Source of the DNA: Klebsormidium nitens
Taxonomy: Eukaryota; Plantae; Klebsormidiophyceae
Assembly: GCA_000708835.1 (NCBI GenBank)
Contig: DF236956.1
Coordinates: 186,001 to 250,000 of the forward strand
DNA length: 64,000 nt
Direction of reading: 5' to 3'
Shown piece after piece: positions 24,989 through 37,100 of the stretch (position 1 is its first letter; each line of letters opens with the position of its first letter). The notes below the pieces were generated by a model that did not search any database, had not been told where the DNA came from, and saw only the letters and a program-made list of their open reading frames with translations. Made by a program: the position numbers and the translations under genes.

Positions 24989-25336
24989 TAAGAGTAGTCG
25001 ATGGAATTTCGGACAACTCGAATTTCGGACAGGCAAAGTATTTATCGAATTTCGGATGGCCTTATCGAATTTCGGACTCAGGGAACGATCCAGTTTCACA
25101 GACTGCGGTTTGGGACTTAGTCGCTGCAGCTCCGATCGATTTGGTCGGCGCCGGAATCCGGCATCCCGGCATGCCGACGAAAGTCCGTCGAGGTTCCCGT
25201 CACTCGGAACCCGAACTCCGCAGACTGCGAAAGTGGAACTCTGCTGAGTCCGAAATTCGATAAGGCCATCCGAAATTCGATAAATACTTTGCCTGTCCGA
25301 AACTCGAGTTGTCCGAAATTCCATCGACTACTCTTA
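24989..25336. mobile_element. MITE with ~91-bp terminal inverted repeats and TA target-site duplication (Tc1/mariner/Stowaway-like)
   Basis: Arms 24991-25081 (AGAGTAGTCGATGGAATTTCGGACAACTCG...GGACTCAG) and 25244-25334 are reverse complements with one mismatch; each holds four GAATTTCGGA sub-repeats. TA flanks both ends (24989-90, 25335-36). No coding capacity. Confidence 0.8.
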
Positions 25337-26465
25337 CAAACGAGCTTTCGAATATCGAAAGAAAAATCAGATTGTCAACCGTTGATCGGAAACATAATCA
25401 AGGAAGAGGCAAGCGTCCGCCGTCACACAGACGGCGATCCATGTATAGGTTCAGGCGCCGGCCCGCCGCAAATATACAGGGCCGTACCGACCCCGGTGAC
25501 GAGGGGATGACGTTGGCAGCTACGTAAAAAAGTTTAGGTCGAGCTTAGAAGTGACGGTCTTATATGGAGCTCGTTTCGATGAGTGCTGACATGCATGCGG
25601 ATTGTCTGCGGCCTTAAGGTACAGTGCCAACTCAGACCCACAGTACAGGCCCCATGGCTTGATGGTGTGCATCACGCCATCTGTAAAGTGATTCTTTGAA
25701 ATTAAGATCCAGCAAATCTGGTTTAGAACATGCGTGAGCGATCAATGTTTCAATCGATGACAGGCGAGAGTCCCTGGAAGCGCGCCGTTATACATTATCC
25801 ACATAATCTGACTTTTCCAATTTAAGAGTTCCACGCATGCTGATCTTCAGGAGTTCTGAGCCAGCTGCCAGAATCCTCACGGTATCGATCTTACATGCAC
25901 TTAGCGCGCCGGGGCAAACATTTTTCTGTGTCTTCACTTCGCAGTTTGCTTGCAAGAACGTCAGAGAGTACTGAAATACAAGCACACAACCGTAGAGGTT
26001 GCCAGTTGTCATCGTCTCGTGCACGTAAATGATGTAAGTTCAAGATCCACTCAATTCGAGAAGTCTGTATTATCGTGATTTCAAAATCCCTTTAGTACAA
26101 CTGAAGTCTTATACGCTGCATAAGGACCTCAGCAACACTTTAAGTACGTGGAGGTGATGTTGCTATCCACTTTCTAGGAGCTCCAACGACACTTAGAGCG
26201 CTTGAAGCTCTGTCTGCTACTCGATTTCTAAGCGCTTCGGCGAATGTCGAAGCGCTCAATGACATCCAACTTCAGAGCACTCCCCAGAAACTCTATCAGC
26301 AGAACCTTCTGAATTCTTTCTAAGCGCACGCCAGCGCTGGAAACACTATAAGTATGACCTTTGACGATACCTAATGAAGACACCGAGGTAGCTCAACTTC
26401 TTCTAGAGTCTCTTCCTGGCTCCATGAGTGATCTTGTACGCATTTCGCAGTTTCTTGAGGCAAAC

Positions 26466-29400
26466 CTATATTCCGAATGGGTAGGTGTGAGGCATCTCGT
26501 CAGCCTCCTCGATCTCCTCCGACGCCGACTCCTTGTCCAGCGGTTCCACCGCAGTCGTTCGGCCGATGTGTATCATTCTGTCATACTGCTGGAACACCTG
26601 CGGAGGAAATCAGGTCACCGCATCAGGCTATAATTCCTCGGTTTCCTCATTTACTGTCAGTCAAACAAAGCAGACAAGAAGGAAAAAGGGGTGTCGGCGA
26701 AAGCACAGCAATCGCGAAGAGGCGTAAGTTCTTGGGTTAACGATATCCGCACTACTGAAAGCTCAAAGGTGACATCTAAGCCGTGTATGGAGCCTTGATG
26801 ATGCTCGGACGTTCAAGAATTTACTCATCAAACAACCTTATGCAAGAAAAACAGCTGCAAAACCCAGATTGTCTACCAAAACCTTTGTTCGAGTGCGACG
26901 AAGTCGCTTTCTCTTTCAAAGGGAAAAAGCTCAATGGTTTGGATACCATTCGATCTGGCGCTCAATCCCGCTTCGAGGCAGCATACGATCAATCCGGACA
27001 TGATTTGTTATCGTGCATCACAACACACATTCCTTACTCTGGCCCTGTAGTAGTTGTCCGCCTCGGCGTCTTCTCGGTAGACGAGACCGATGGATCGCTT
27101 CATAAGCACAATATCGTTGGGTTCGGCTCTCCGGGAGTCCAGTAGGAAGCGGGCTGGCGACACCTGAAAGGAAGAGCACAGCGCGTGTGTCGCCATAGGG
27201 CAAATATGCAAAATCGAGGCAGACACCGCCGGTACAATTGCCTTCATCCATTGCTTCACAAAGCTAGGAATTCGTACTACGTTCTGGGCTGACAATCATT
27301 CGAGACTCCCTGGCGGAAACGAGGAGTCTGTGAAAGAGATTGCAAAAATGGACGTGTTTGCGCGGGATCAGCAAGTGTATCGAAATGGGAAAGGTAAAGA
27401 AGGACAAAGATAGAAGCACGGATCGGATACCAAACACGAAAAGCCACACGATACCGACTCCAACACAATCAGCAGAACCGCGCGGACCATATTCCGCAGC
27501 AGACCTAGCAGAGCATAAGCCTTTCAACATCATGACGGTATGAGGTTGAGAAGCCTATCTTCCCAAGAAACTTTGAACTTTAACCTGGCAGCGGTAATCC
27601 AAAAACGCCTCACCTGCTCTAGAATGCACTCGAAGGTGCCTGGTGCCGGAGAGCTCAGCCTTACACACCTTCCGGGCTCTCCCCACGCGGGGGCCGCCGT
27701 GACAGTGCCTCCAAAGGTGCTGGCGTACGACAGGAAGAAACTCAAATGCTTTCTGAGACGTTTCCGTCGTTCTCCGCAAGGGAAACCTTATCCGCACGCG
27801 GGCAGTGGAGCATCAGATGTCGCAATGATTAAAGTCCAATTGCAGTCCAAATCCCGTCGCACAACATTTGTCCAAATTTTTGCTTCGCTGGTGTCTGAGA
27901 TCAAGGCTTTCTTCAAACAAGGCTACGGTCTTTGTAAGAGCCCAAGGTTTGATGTTGTACCTCTCTTTCCCCTCACTTCAAGTTAAACATTCTCGCATTT
28001 GGATATCTCCGCTGGTGTCCGAGGGGCTCTCCCGAAACTAACCTGTTCTACGCAGATCTGACTAAATGCCACGCAGTACCTGAATCCGATGCTGAACGCC
28101 TCGTCTCCGAACTTCTCCTTGCACAGCTGGCCCGTATTGATCTGGTTCCAGTCCCACGCGATCTCCGTCGCGCGCGCGTCGCTGACGTGGCAGTTGTGCG
28201 CCCACACGACCACTTTGCAGGACCGCCCGCACATCGCCTCGCAGTGCTCCTTCAGAGCTGCGACAGAACAAGGCCGGCAAGTTATGAAACCTCCTCGGAA
28301 GATGCCTCTGGTCTTTATTTGATTCGTTTCAGGCTCTTTTCATCTTTGTCTGTCTATAATGTTCTCCAGATCTTGATCAAATCAAAAGCCGTACGTGTCG
28401 GAGTATGTTATGATCTTTCAGAAAAGAGGACGTCGCCAGAAAGCACAAGAAAACGTGCAAGACGTGCTTTTTCAGCCGTTGGGATCAAAAAGCATGCGAG
28501 CAAGAAAGTAAGTAGCATTGAAATTGTCCATTCTGCAAGGGGTAGCCACGTTCTTGTACCGCTCACTTCGATCCAGAAACTGAGCCAAGATTTCTCATGA
28601 CGGACGCGGAATTAGGATGAGTCAACTCTCTGCAAAGCCAAAAAACCACAAAGATGCCTGTCAGCTTACCCACTAGCGCGTTGAACATATGCCGATCGCG
28701 TATGATCCAGGCAGATTCGTATGACTCGTAGATAGTCCGGTAGTACTCTTCCGCCTCCTTCACCACGATCGCGTTCTGCAAAGGACCGTGACGGTCGTTT
28801 TCAAAGCCGGATTCGGATCCTGACGTCAAACTTAGCATCGAGGTTCCTCGACTTTGGAGCATCCTGAACTCGAGCCGTCCGATAAGCCAGGATGCACATC
28901 GTAGGGCCCGAAGTTGTGCACCGCAGCTTGAGCCTTGAGGCTTCGATGTCACTTGTGACAAAAACAGTTATTTTCTAGAATGTATTGCTTCTGCAAGCCG
29001 TCGAATTGCTTTCATGGTTGCGCGCTGAAAGACTACACCTACGTAATGAGATAGCCGAGCTGCCAGCAAAGACGAAGCTCAAATGGAGCCCTCTTCGTGA
29101 AAATCTCAATGTCCAAATGTCGAAATCTTGCTTTTCTGGAGCATTTTCTTGAGGCCCTCGATTAGCGCATAGGGAGAAGGTTGCTATGAAAACTCAAGCC
29201 CTGAGCAGATTGAATTCCTCTCTATCAACTTACGTCTGACTCATCTACGCGGTGAACGAGAAACCGCCTGCACCTGCATGGCAAAGAAGTACTCGTCGTC
29301 CTGGCAGCGGTGGCCGCCGCCAGCGGCCGCAGCCGCGGCCGCGGGCCGCCCCATGTCCTGCAGCTCGGCTAACACAAGGGTGACGTCATCCTCGCAGGCT

Positions 29401-31866
29401 TGGCCGCGGCCGCCTGACGTGGCGAAGCCGTACTGGTGCGCGTCGGGGGCGAACGGAGCGAAGCCGGAGTAGCGCTTCCTGGAAGAACGGAGTAACCATC
29501 TTCAATGTTGATGAATGCTTCAACCCGGTTGAGAACAAAGACTTGAATTTAACGCCTCTCATTTATTTGCTAACTTCTACATAGCCAGCCTGCTTATCGG
29601 ACAGCAGCAGGCTGAATTGTTTCGAAGATGCAGATCACTGTACTGGAGACGGAGTCCGAGGCTGGTTGAGCTTTGCGGAAGGGAAAACGAAGTCTGCTTT
29701 TTAACGTCACTTCGAGAAATTTTCAGTTTCGAATTAATTTCGTGTTAGCTAGATAGGCGATTCGGACGTGCTCAAAGAACGGATGCGAGCCCTTAAAATA
29801 CAAGAGCACGAGTTGAATCATTGCGCAGGATTTGAGTATGCAGTCTCTAGTAAAGATGAATAGATAGCACAGTAATCGGAAAGCTAGTAAAGAAGCAGGT
29901 AATCAAGTCAAGGGCCTCCGTATCAAAAAGGCTCCCTAGGCAAACCAACAAGAGGTGACGAGAAAAATCCTAAAGACGTCTTACTTGGCCCGTTCGGCGG
30001 CTTCCGGGTCTCGCTTCTCTAGATACTCGATGACGACCTCCAGTGACTTGTACAGTCCGTGCAGGTCGAACCCGTGGATTGAAACAGCACAGCTGCGGGA
30101 AATGCATTTCATTTCACAGGGTCGAATCCTTCCAAGGCGGGAAGCGATAGCACCTCCCGGTTATGAAATGCACCTGGATCCCTCTGTCCCTCTAGCTGTC
30201 TTGAGCATATCTCAACCGGTGAGAAGGCCGCTTCACGCAGTAGACGCTTCAGCAGAAAAAATCACGAACGGTAAACGTTGGATGTGGAAGGTCGTGGAAT
30301 TTCTTCTGAATGAAGCTCAGGAGACATTTTTTGAACCTAGATCGGAACGCTAACGGCAGTGCTTGGTCTCAGCGTATCAAATCTTCTCAATCATGCGACC
30401 AAAGGCATAGTCAAAAATGCAAGGAACGATGGCAGCGCTTAGTTGCAAGGTATCAAGTCTTCCCATGCGACCAAAGGCATAGTCAGAAAGGCAAGGAACG
30501 TACCCGTTCAGACTATCCTTCAGGAACACCTTTCTGCAGAGGAAGAATCCAAACGAGCTTCCAAGTTTGAAAAGGTCAGACTCTACGTAGCATACGTGGC
30601 CTGCCAGGAATCGTAGGCAGATTCTACCCTGATGACGACGATGCACACGTTCCATGAGGAGCAGATTAGAGCAGCGAGATTTTTTAAAGGCTCTGACGTA
30701 CACGCATATAAGTGCCATAAGTATCAAATGAGAAGTGGAGTCTGTTGCATGAAAGCTTAATTAACAGGTGATATCCAAGAGCAGATCAATGGTCAGCTCC
30801 AATCAGACACACCTCCGTAAACTCTGCCTGCGCAAAATCGAAACCAAATCGAAGGAGCACTGGCGCTCCTTAACCTCGTAGCTACTTGACTTGCCTTTGA
30901 TCCCGGGCGAGAGAATCTCGCAATTAAGAAATGAGAAGTCTCACTCGTTGTATCGTCTGGCCCACTCCACGAAGCTTTCCACCTCTTTGTTCCGCCAGAT
31001 CCAGAGGGGGTAATGGCTAAACCCTGAGAGCGCCGCGGCCGCGCTGCCGTCGAGCGAGTCGCCGCGGATGTAGCGGTCCACGCGGGCCATGTTGACCAGG
31101 TCCGCCTCGCACACCACCAGCGAGAAGCCCTGCAAATCCCAATTTGTGCGTCAAACATCTCACAATATATCGTCACAATCGAGATATTAAGATGGGGCAG
31201 GTACCTGTGCATACAAGAGGTTCTGATCCCTCCTAAACGTGAGGTCGGAACGAGAGCTGCTTTGTTTTTTGAAAGTGGAGCGGCCCGCTTTCCCGAGTCT
31301 TGGGGACTCTTTGCTTCTCTATTTTGACTTCGTTCGAATCCTAAAAGGTGAGTCCACTCAAGGAGGCGCGCAGACAACTAGGATCTGAGTTTCGCATATA
31401 TTCGAGTTGGAAGGAATTTGTCACTAGCTTTGGCAAAGACTACCGCGAAGCATACAAAAGTTGCGCTACTGTAGCCTCAGAATAAATCCTTCAAGATCTC
31501 CATGAGAAATGAGTGGTCCAAGAAAGTATTATAAGTTAGGTTAGCATCACACGTTACCTTCTCCTCGATGAGAATCTTGGTGATGTTTGCGCGCTCTTCG
31601 TAGAACTCGCGCGACCCGTGCGTGGCCTCCCCAATCAGCACAATATGCGCATCCCCAATCTCGCGCAGCAGCTCTTCGTATATCTCAGATGGCCCGAAGA
31701 CACAAGAGACCAAGCTTTCCACATGAGCTCGCACGCCATCGAGGTCTAGGTTTCGACCCGCTTCCAGTGCCTTCTTCCCAAGCTCAGATTCGAGGCCCAT
31801 CTCCCTCCCTCTTTCGATGCGCTGTCGCCAAAAGTCGTGATTTGGGGGCAGCTTTTGTGACGTCAT
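26466..31866 (-). CDS. erythromycin esterase family hydrolase, copy C (484 aa)
   Basis: Exons 31866-31558, 31129-30945, 30092-29985, 29478-29274, 28775-28670, 28257-28080, 27719-27614, 27163-27038, 26597-26466 (1455 nt). Same intron positions, GT-AG. Closest to copy B; parts of the introns and flanks still align. Confidence 0.93.
30374..30500. repeat. short direct repeat in intron 2 of esterase C
   Basis: CATGCGACCAAAGGCATAGTCA(A/G)AAA(T/G)GCAAGGAACG occurs at 30392 and 30464 (period 72), each preceded by GTATCAARTCTTC. Confidence 0.8.
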
Positions 31867-32580
31867 TATATGGAGATTCCAGCAGGTTTTGCAGCTGTTG
31901 CTTCTGGATGTGGCAGCTCAGATGACCTAGAAGCTTGGAACCCTGAAGAATTCTGCGTGTGACGCGAATCTCCGAATAATAGCAAAGCAACGCTGGAATT
32001 TAGCTAGAGTAAGTCCCTGAAGCTAAATGGATGCAGCTTCAACACAGGCCTTGAAGTCGCAGGAACCAGAAGCTAAATTAACCTCGGACCATTCGCATCT
32101 CGCCAGCATGTCTTTTCAACAGAATAACAAGGAAGCGCTTATACATGTTGTTCCTGAAGGCGGATAAAATCAAACGGATACCTTCTTCAGAATCTGCTTT
32201 CAGAGCCAATTGCTTCTTTTCAATGCACTCAATCCTCTCTGAGACTGCAAACCAGCCTATAATCTCTTCTGGGATTGCAACTCGCGGCCCTGCGTGTAAA
32301 TTTTACTTCTGATTCGGCTCATGTGGATGTTACCAGCATTGCTTCGAATTTTGTGTCAGCAGACTGAATACCTTTAACGTCGGTCAAGCCAAGCTGGAGC
32401 TAATATACATGTCTTTTCAGTTAAACAAAAGCATACATAAGCTTCTGCCTATTCTTCCCCAAATCTGAGCACCCATCTTTACTAATAAATAAAAGGCTGT
32501 ATCTTACCGGCCATGCTTCATTATCAGGGTTGACAGCTTTCACAAATCCTAAGCCTCTATTGGAGGTCCGCGGAAGGAGT

Positions 32581-32597
32581 CACGTGTTCCCACGTCA
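32581..32597. promoter_or_regulatory. G-box plus CCACGTCA pair upstream of esterase C
   Basis: CACGTG-ttc-CCACGTCA about 715 bp upstream of the ATG, matching 24370-24386 in copy B. Confidence 0.4.
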
Positions 32598-33454
32598 GCT
32601 TGTCTTAAGCGAATGATAGAGCGAAACGTGGTTCACCTGGAGCTGCAGAGTCAATGCGTGCTTGGTTGAGGATTGCCCAGGTGCATGCATTCTACGCAAA
32701 TCATTCTCAATGTAAAAGCAAAGTTCTTCGTTGAAGACTAATCATTCATGGCCACAGGATTCATGATTGGACGATAATCAACATCGCAAATCTGATTCCG
32801 CAATCTCGTATCTGTCAGATCATGATCTGGATAAGGCGAAAAGCTTTGCCCCAATCACACATGCTCGGCCGCCATGAACAGAAGAATGTCTTGCGACCGA
32901 GCCGGGTGACGAAGAAGAAACTCTCGGCAGTTTGACGAAGAGATCCCGCCTCAAAGTGGGAAGAGAGGTCCAGCCTATCGGAGGAGAGTGGGTGGTCTTC
33001 AGAAAAGCTTTTGCAGCCGCCATTGATATCAAACAGAAAATTCGGAAACTCCATGCCAGCAGCGATCGGCCTCTCAATGGCTTCAAAGCGAAAGCCCTGC
33101 GTCCCTGAGCGTCATGCATGCGCAATCGAGAATCTTGCGCAGTTACAGGCTCGAAGTGGCAACCAATGCGATGGTGGGACGCATCCAACCTGTACGATTA
33201 TGAGAGCGCGTTCCTCAGATGACGGACTAGTTTAGGAATAATAAGAGCCAGGTACATCAAGCTCCAACTAACACTAAAAACCTAACCCAGCAATTCACGC
33301 GCTCCGCACCCGTACCCACCCTAACCCCCAAACTAACCCCACAGGCTGCGAGCTCATTATACCTGCCGCTAATATCATTCCAAAATTAGTCGGAGTTGTT
33401 CGTCAGCTCCTCAGCTCCACAGGATCTCTGCGACTTAGAGGGAGCGGCGCCTAA

Positions 33455-33492
33455 CGCGCGCGGCCGCGGCCCGGCATGCGCGGCCGCGCGCG
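33455..33492. repeat. GC-only inverted repeat (14-bp arms)
   Basis: CGCGCGCGGCCGCG (33455-33468) and CGCGGCCGCGCGCG (33479-33492) with a 10-nt spacer. Degenerate CCTAACCC repeats lie nearby at about 33268-33341. Confidence 0.65.
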
Positions 33493-34152
33493 CTCAAAAC
33501 GCGCGGGGCCGCCGGCTACGCCCAGACTGTACGCGCGCAGCTGCGCTACAGTACGTCACCGACCATCCGATGATCAGCGCGGAATGAGCTGCTAGCGCGC
33601 GCGTCAGTCACTCAAGAGCGCCCCACGTGAAAAGAATGTTGAAGTACTTGGGCGCCGCCGGCAAATAGCTGAGCAGATTACCTGCCAGCGCGCCCGTCAT
33701 AACGCAACATACTTTACTAGAAGCGCTTCAACCTCCGACATAATGGGACTTCTGCAATCTGTTTTGTTTTTTGCCAAGCTTTGAAGTCATTCGTCAGCGC
33801 TTTGTATGCAATCATTTCCCTGCCTGCCAGTTTGAGGCGTGCCTTATCACCAACTGTTTGACAGATTATCAATCCAAGAAAAGCCACAAGATTCTGCTCT
33901 CCTCAAATGGTGGTACGTTGCACATGTGATGTCATTCAACAGTAGCTTCGCAATGAGACCAGCTAGGGCTTCGATCAACATTTATGATTATGAATTGAAT
34001 ATACAGAAAAACACTAACCTCCACCGAAAGTACTCGAACATTAGATTCCACCAATCAAGAGCCGGCCACCGTCATGATACCAACCGTACGCTATGCCTTT
34101 TTGCCAAGTCAAGCATCGAAAGATTGCCTTTCCTCCGTTTTCCCCTTGTCGC

Positions 34153-37100
34153 CTAAATGCCTAGACTCCGGAAGAGCGTCTCGATGGGCACCTTCTTGGC
34201 GCTGTTCTCTAGCCTCCGGGAAATCGTAACCACCTCCTGCTTATTCACATCGACGCCGCCCCGAGCGAAGGCCGCGGCCATGTCGTCCGGTGTCAAGCAC
34301 CTGCAGGACAAATGAATCATCTAAACCCGACACCAAAGCTCTCTCATTTCGGAAGAAAATGGTTAACGAGACACTTTCGCGCTGGAAAGGGGTGTCTCCC
34401 TATTATCTTATCGATGAGAAGGTCCATTCAAAAGACAGGCAAAGAACGAGGTCCTTTGGAGAAAATCCCATCGCCGGCAGTTCCTTCCTTCCATCCGGAT
34501 CCTGGCGCATAGATTTCGGGTGAGCGGAACGCTGCTCTTGAGCTCAGAAACATGGCCTGATCTTTCCTGTATTGCAGAATGCAGTGAAGCATCGCAGAAG
34601 AATAAAACTAAAATGGCCCCACGAGTTGTGCGAATCAAAAAAATGAAAGCGACTGACTTCTCATTAAGACGGCGATGCCTCTCCGCTTTCAGAATCCTCT
34701 CTCCGCAGATCTTCTTTCCGTATAGTAGTCTCCGTGCTAAACTACCCCACTCACATCGCAAGTCGAGCTCAGATTGACGCAATTCTTCTTGACCCTGTTC
34801 TACTACTCACCCAGCGCCCGCCTTGTCCTGCTCGATGAAGGCGCCCTTAAGCTTCTCGACGTCGGCCCTGCTCTGCACCTGGCCCACGATATCCGCTAGA
34901 TGGTCCATCACGGAGTTGAAGTCGCTCTTGGCGTACTGCTCCGGGTGCGCCTCCATGAACTTGTACGTCCACTCGTCCGCCGCGGACAGTACAAACAGAC
35001 GGCTGTACACGTGGAGCTGCGCGCCCACGTAAAAGTCCTCCGGCTGCAAGGAGGGGAATCTTACGTCAGTCAAGAAGCGTTGCTGGCGTTATCCAGCGGC
35101 CGGCTGCAAAGGGGCGGAGTTCTACGTCAGTCAGAAGCGTTGCTGATGTTATCGAGGAGCGTCTGAACGTAAAACTTGACGCTAGTAACGTGAGCGTTGA
35201 GATTAGAAGAGGTGGACGAAGAAGAAACAAAGTTGACCTGCGCGTTGGGCTCCTCGTTTTCTGAGACAGGCGTCTATGAGGAAAGGCAAATGAAGTCTTC
35301 ATACGGCTCTTTGCCTCGTAGGGTTCTCGTAGCCCGTAATCATATCACTCTGTCATGGGCGCGGGTTTGGCATGACGTCGTCGCCCACTACTTTGAAGCT
35401 GGAACCCAGTAAATCACAACCGTTCATTTTCTCAGAAAAGCCTTTCTCTAGACTTTTCGAAATAAGGATCATTGCGGTAATCCTGTCTCCGGATCCCACC
35501 TGGTACTGCTTGTTGGGGCCCGTTCCTTCAGAGCAGCAAACCGTACTCTACGCCCGACCTGTCACGGCTACGATGCTTGCTTGTCTTCTGTATTCAGGCT
35601 TTCAATGTTCTGATCTCGATAAGTCTTCAATACCAGGAGAAGCGAGCGTGAAATATATGCAAATACTCGCCTGGTAAGGCTTGTTGGTTCCCGGTTTCTT
35701 GGGCGCGGGCCCGCGCGCGAGGAACCGCCCGCCGGTAAGGCCGGCCTTCCTCTTGGGCGACTCGTAGATTGACATGCTGTCGTCCACCAAAAAGTAGTTG
35801 ATGACGAAATCGCGCTCGCGGTCCACGTCAGACACCACGTGGGTGCCGTCCGGGATCATCTTGGCGGAGAAGCACAGGACCTGGAAGGGACGGCGGTTAG
35901 TGCGCGATTAGCAAAGCTGAGCGGTTGAGGCCTGAGAACGTCAAAGAGGGGTCGTCTGCGCTTCTTCGTCAAATGCTGCCGTTTGCTCCCATCACAAAGA
36001 TTGTGATCAACCGGCGGATGTTTTTCCTGTGTTTGATTCATGAACAGCAAGATTCATCAGCCCATTGGCTCATCATTCCATGTTTTCAACAATCATATTT
36101 CGTAAGAAATGGGGACGGACCCTATTTGAGCATAGCAATCAACTGTGTCCGATTGCAAGGACCAATTTTGGATGAGCTGAATTCCGCCGGAAGCCCCACC
36201 TTTCCGTCGTTGGTCATGAGCTTCTGGAAGTCCTTGGTCTGCGCCTTGGGGATGAGGGCGATGCAGTTCTGCAGCGAGTCCAGCTCCGACCCGATTCCGT
36301 TGTGCGGCGGAATCATGTTCTGCGGAACCGCCAGCATCGGCTCCTGCACGTCCACCGGCTCCAGGTACTCCGCGGGCATGCCCCACCTGGCCACCAGAGA
36401 GCGCGTTAACACCCGTAAAAAGTCGGAGACGGGCGGAATAAAACCAAGCGCTTTGGTTAAAAACCGAGATGGCCATTCACGAAGGAACGACGACAAAAAA
36501 GTGGGCTCCCGGCACTTGGACGAAGAAGCACTCTCGTGAGAAATGTGCACACTTAACCAGGAAGTACACGATCTCTATGATCTCGCCACGAAGCGACTGT
36601 CGGACTGTTGACGCGAAAAGTGAAATTCTCAAAGAATTCAGTCTTCTTAAACTCTCATGGATTCTATCCCAAGTTTTACGTTGATTCTGAGATGGATCCT
36701 TGTTCTTGTCAGGTCAATGTTTGCCGCACAGCCACCCACTCGCCTCAGTTGGTTCCGCTGCGTTTACGTTTGATCCAAAGTCAAATCCTCGACCTAATCA
36801 TCTTGATAAGGCTCTTCCCAACGATGTGAAAATCAAGGTAATTAAAGAGTATAAACACTTTACGCCTCACTTGGTCTGGTAGTAATTGCGCGTGAAGTCG
36901 TCGCAGTCGTGCAGCAGCATGTCCCGGTTGAACACGCGGATGTAGCTGCCGATGCGCAGGTCGCTCTCGTGATAGAATTTGGACGCGTCCTCCGCGGCCG
37001 CGTCGCGCCCTGTGACATGCAATAGCTTTTGTTAGGAAGGGACCGGAAAATCCTGCTGTGAAGATTTCCTGCTGGCGTTCGACTTTGGCAACCCGCCTGC

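Noticed and set aside
33268-33341. Interstitial telomere
   Set aside because: Only scattered degenerate CCTAACCC units; similar motifs occur in several introns (about 14420, 40030, 43750-44400).
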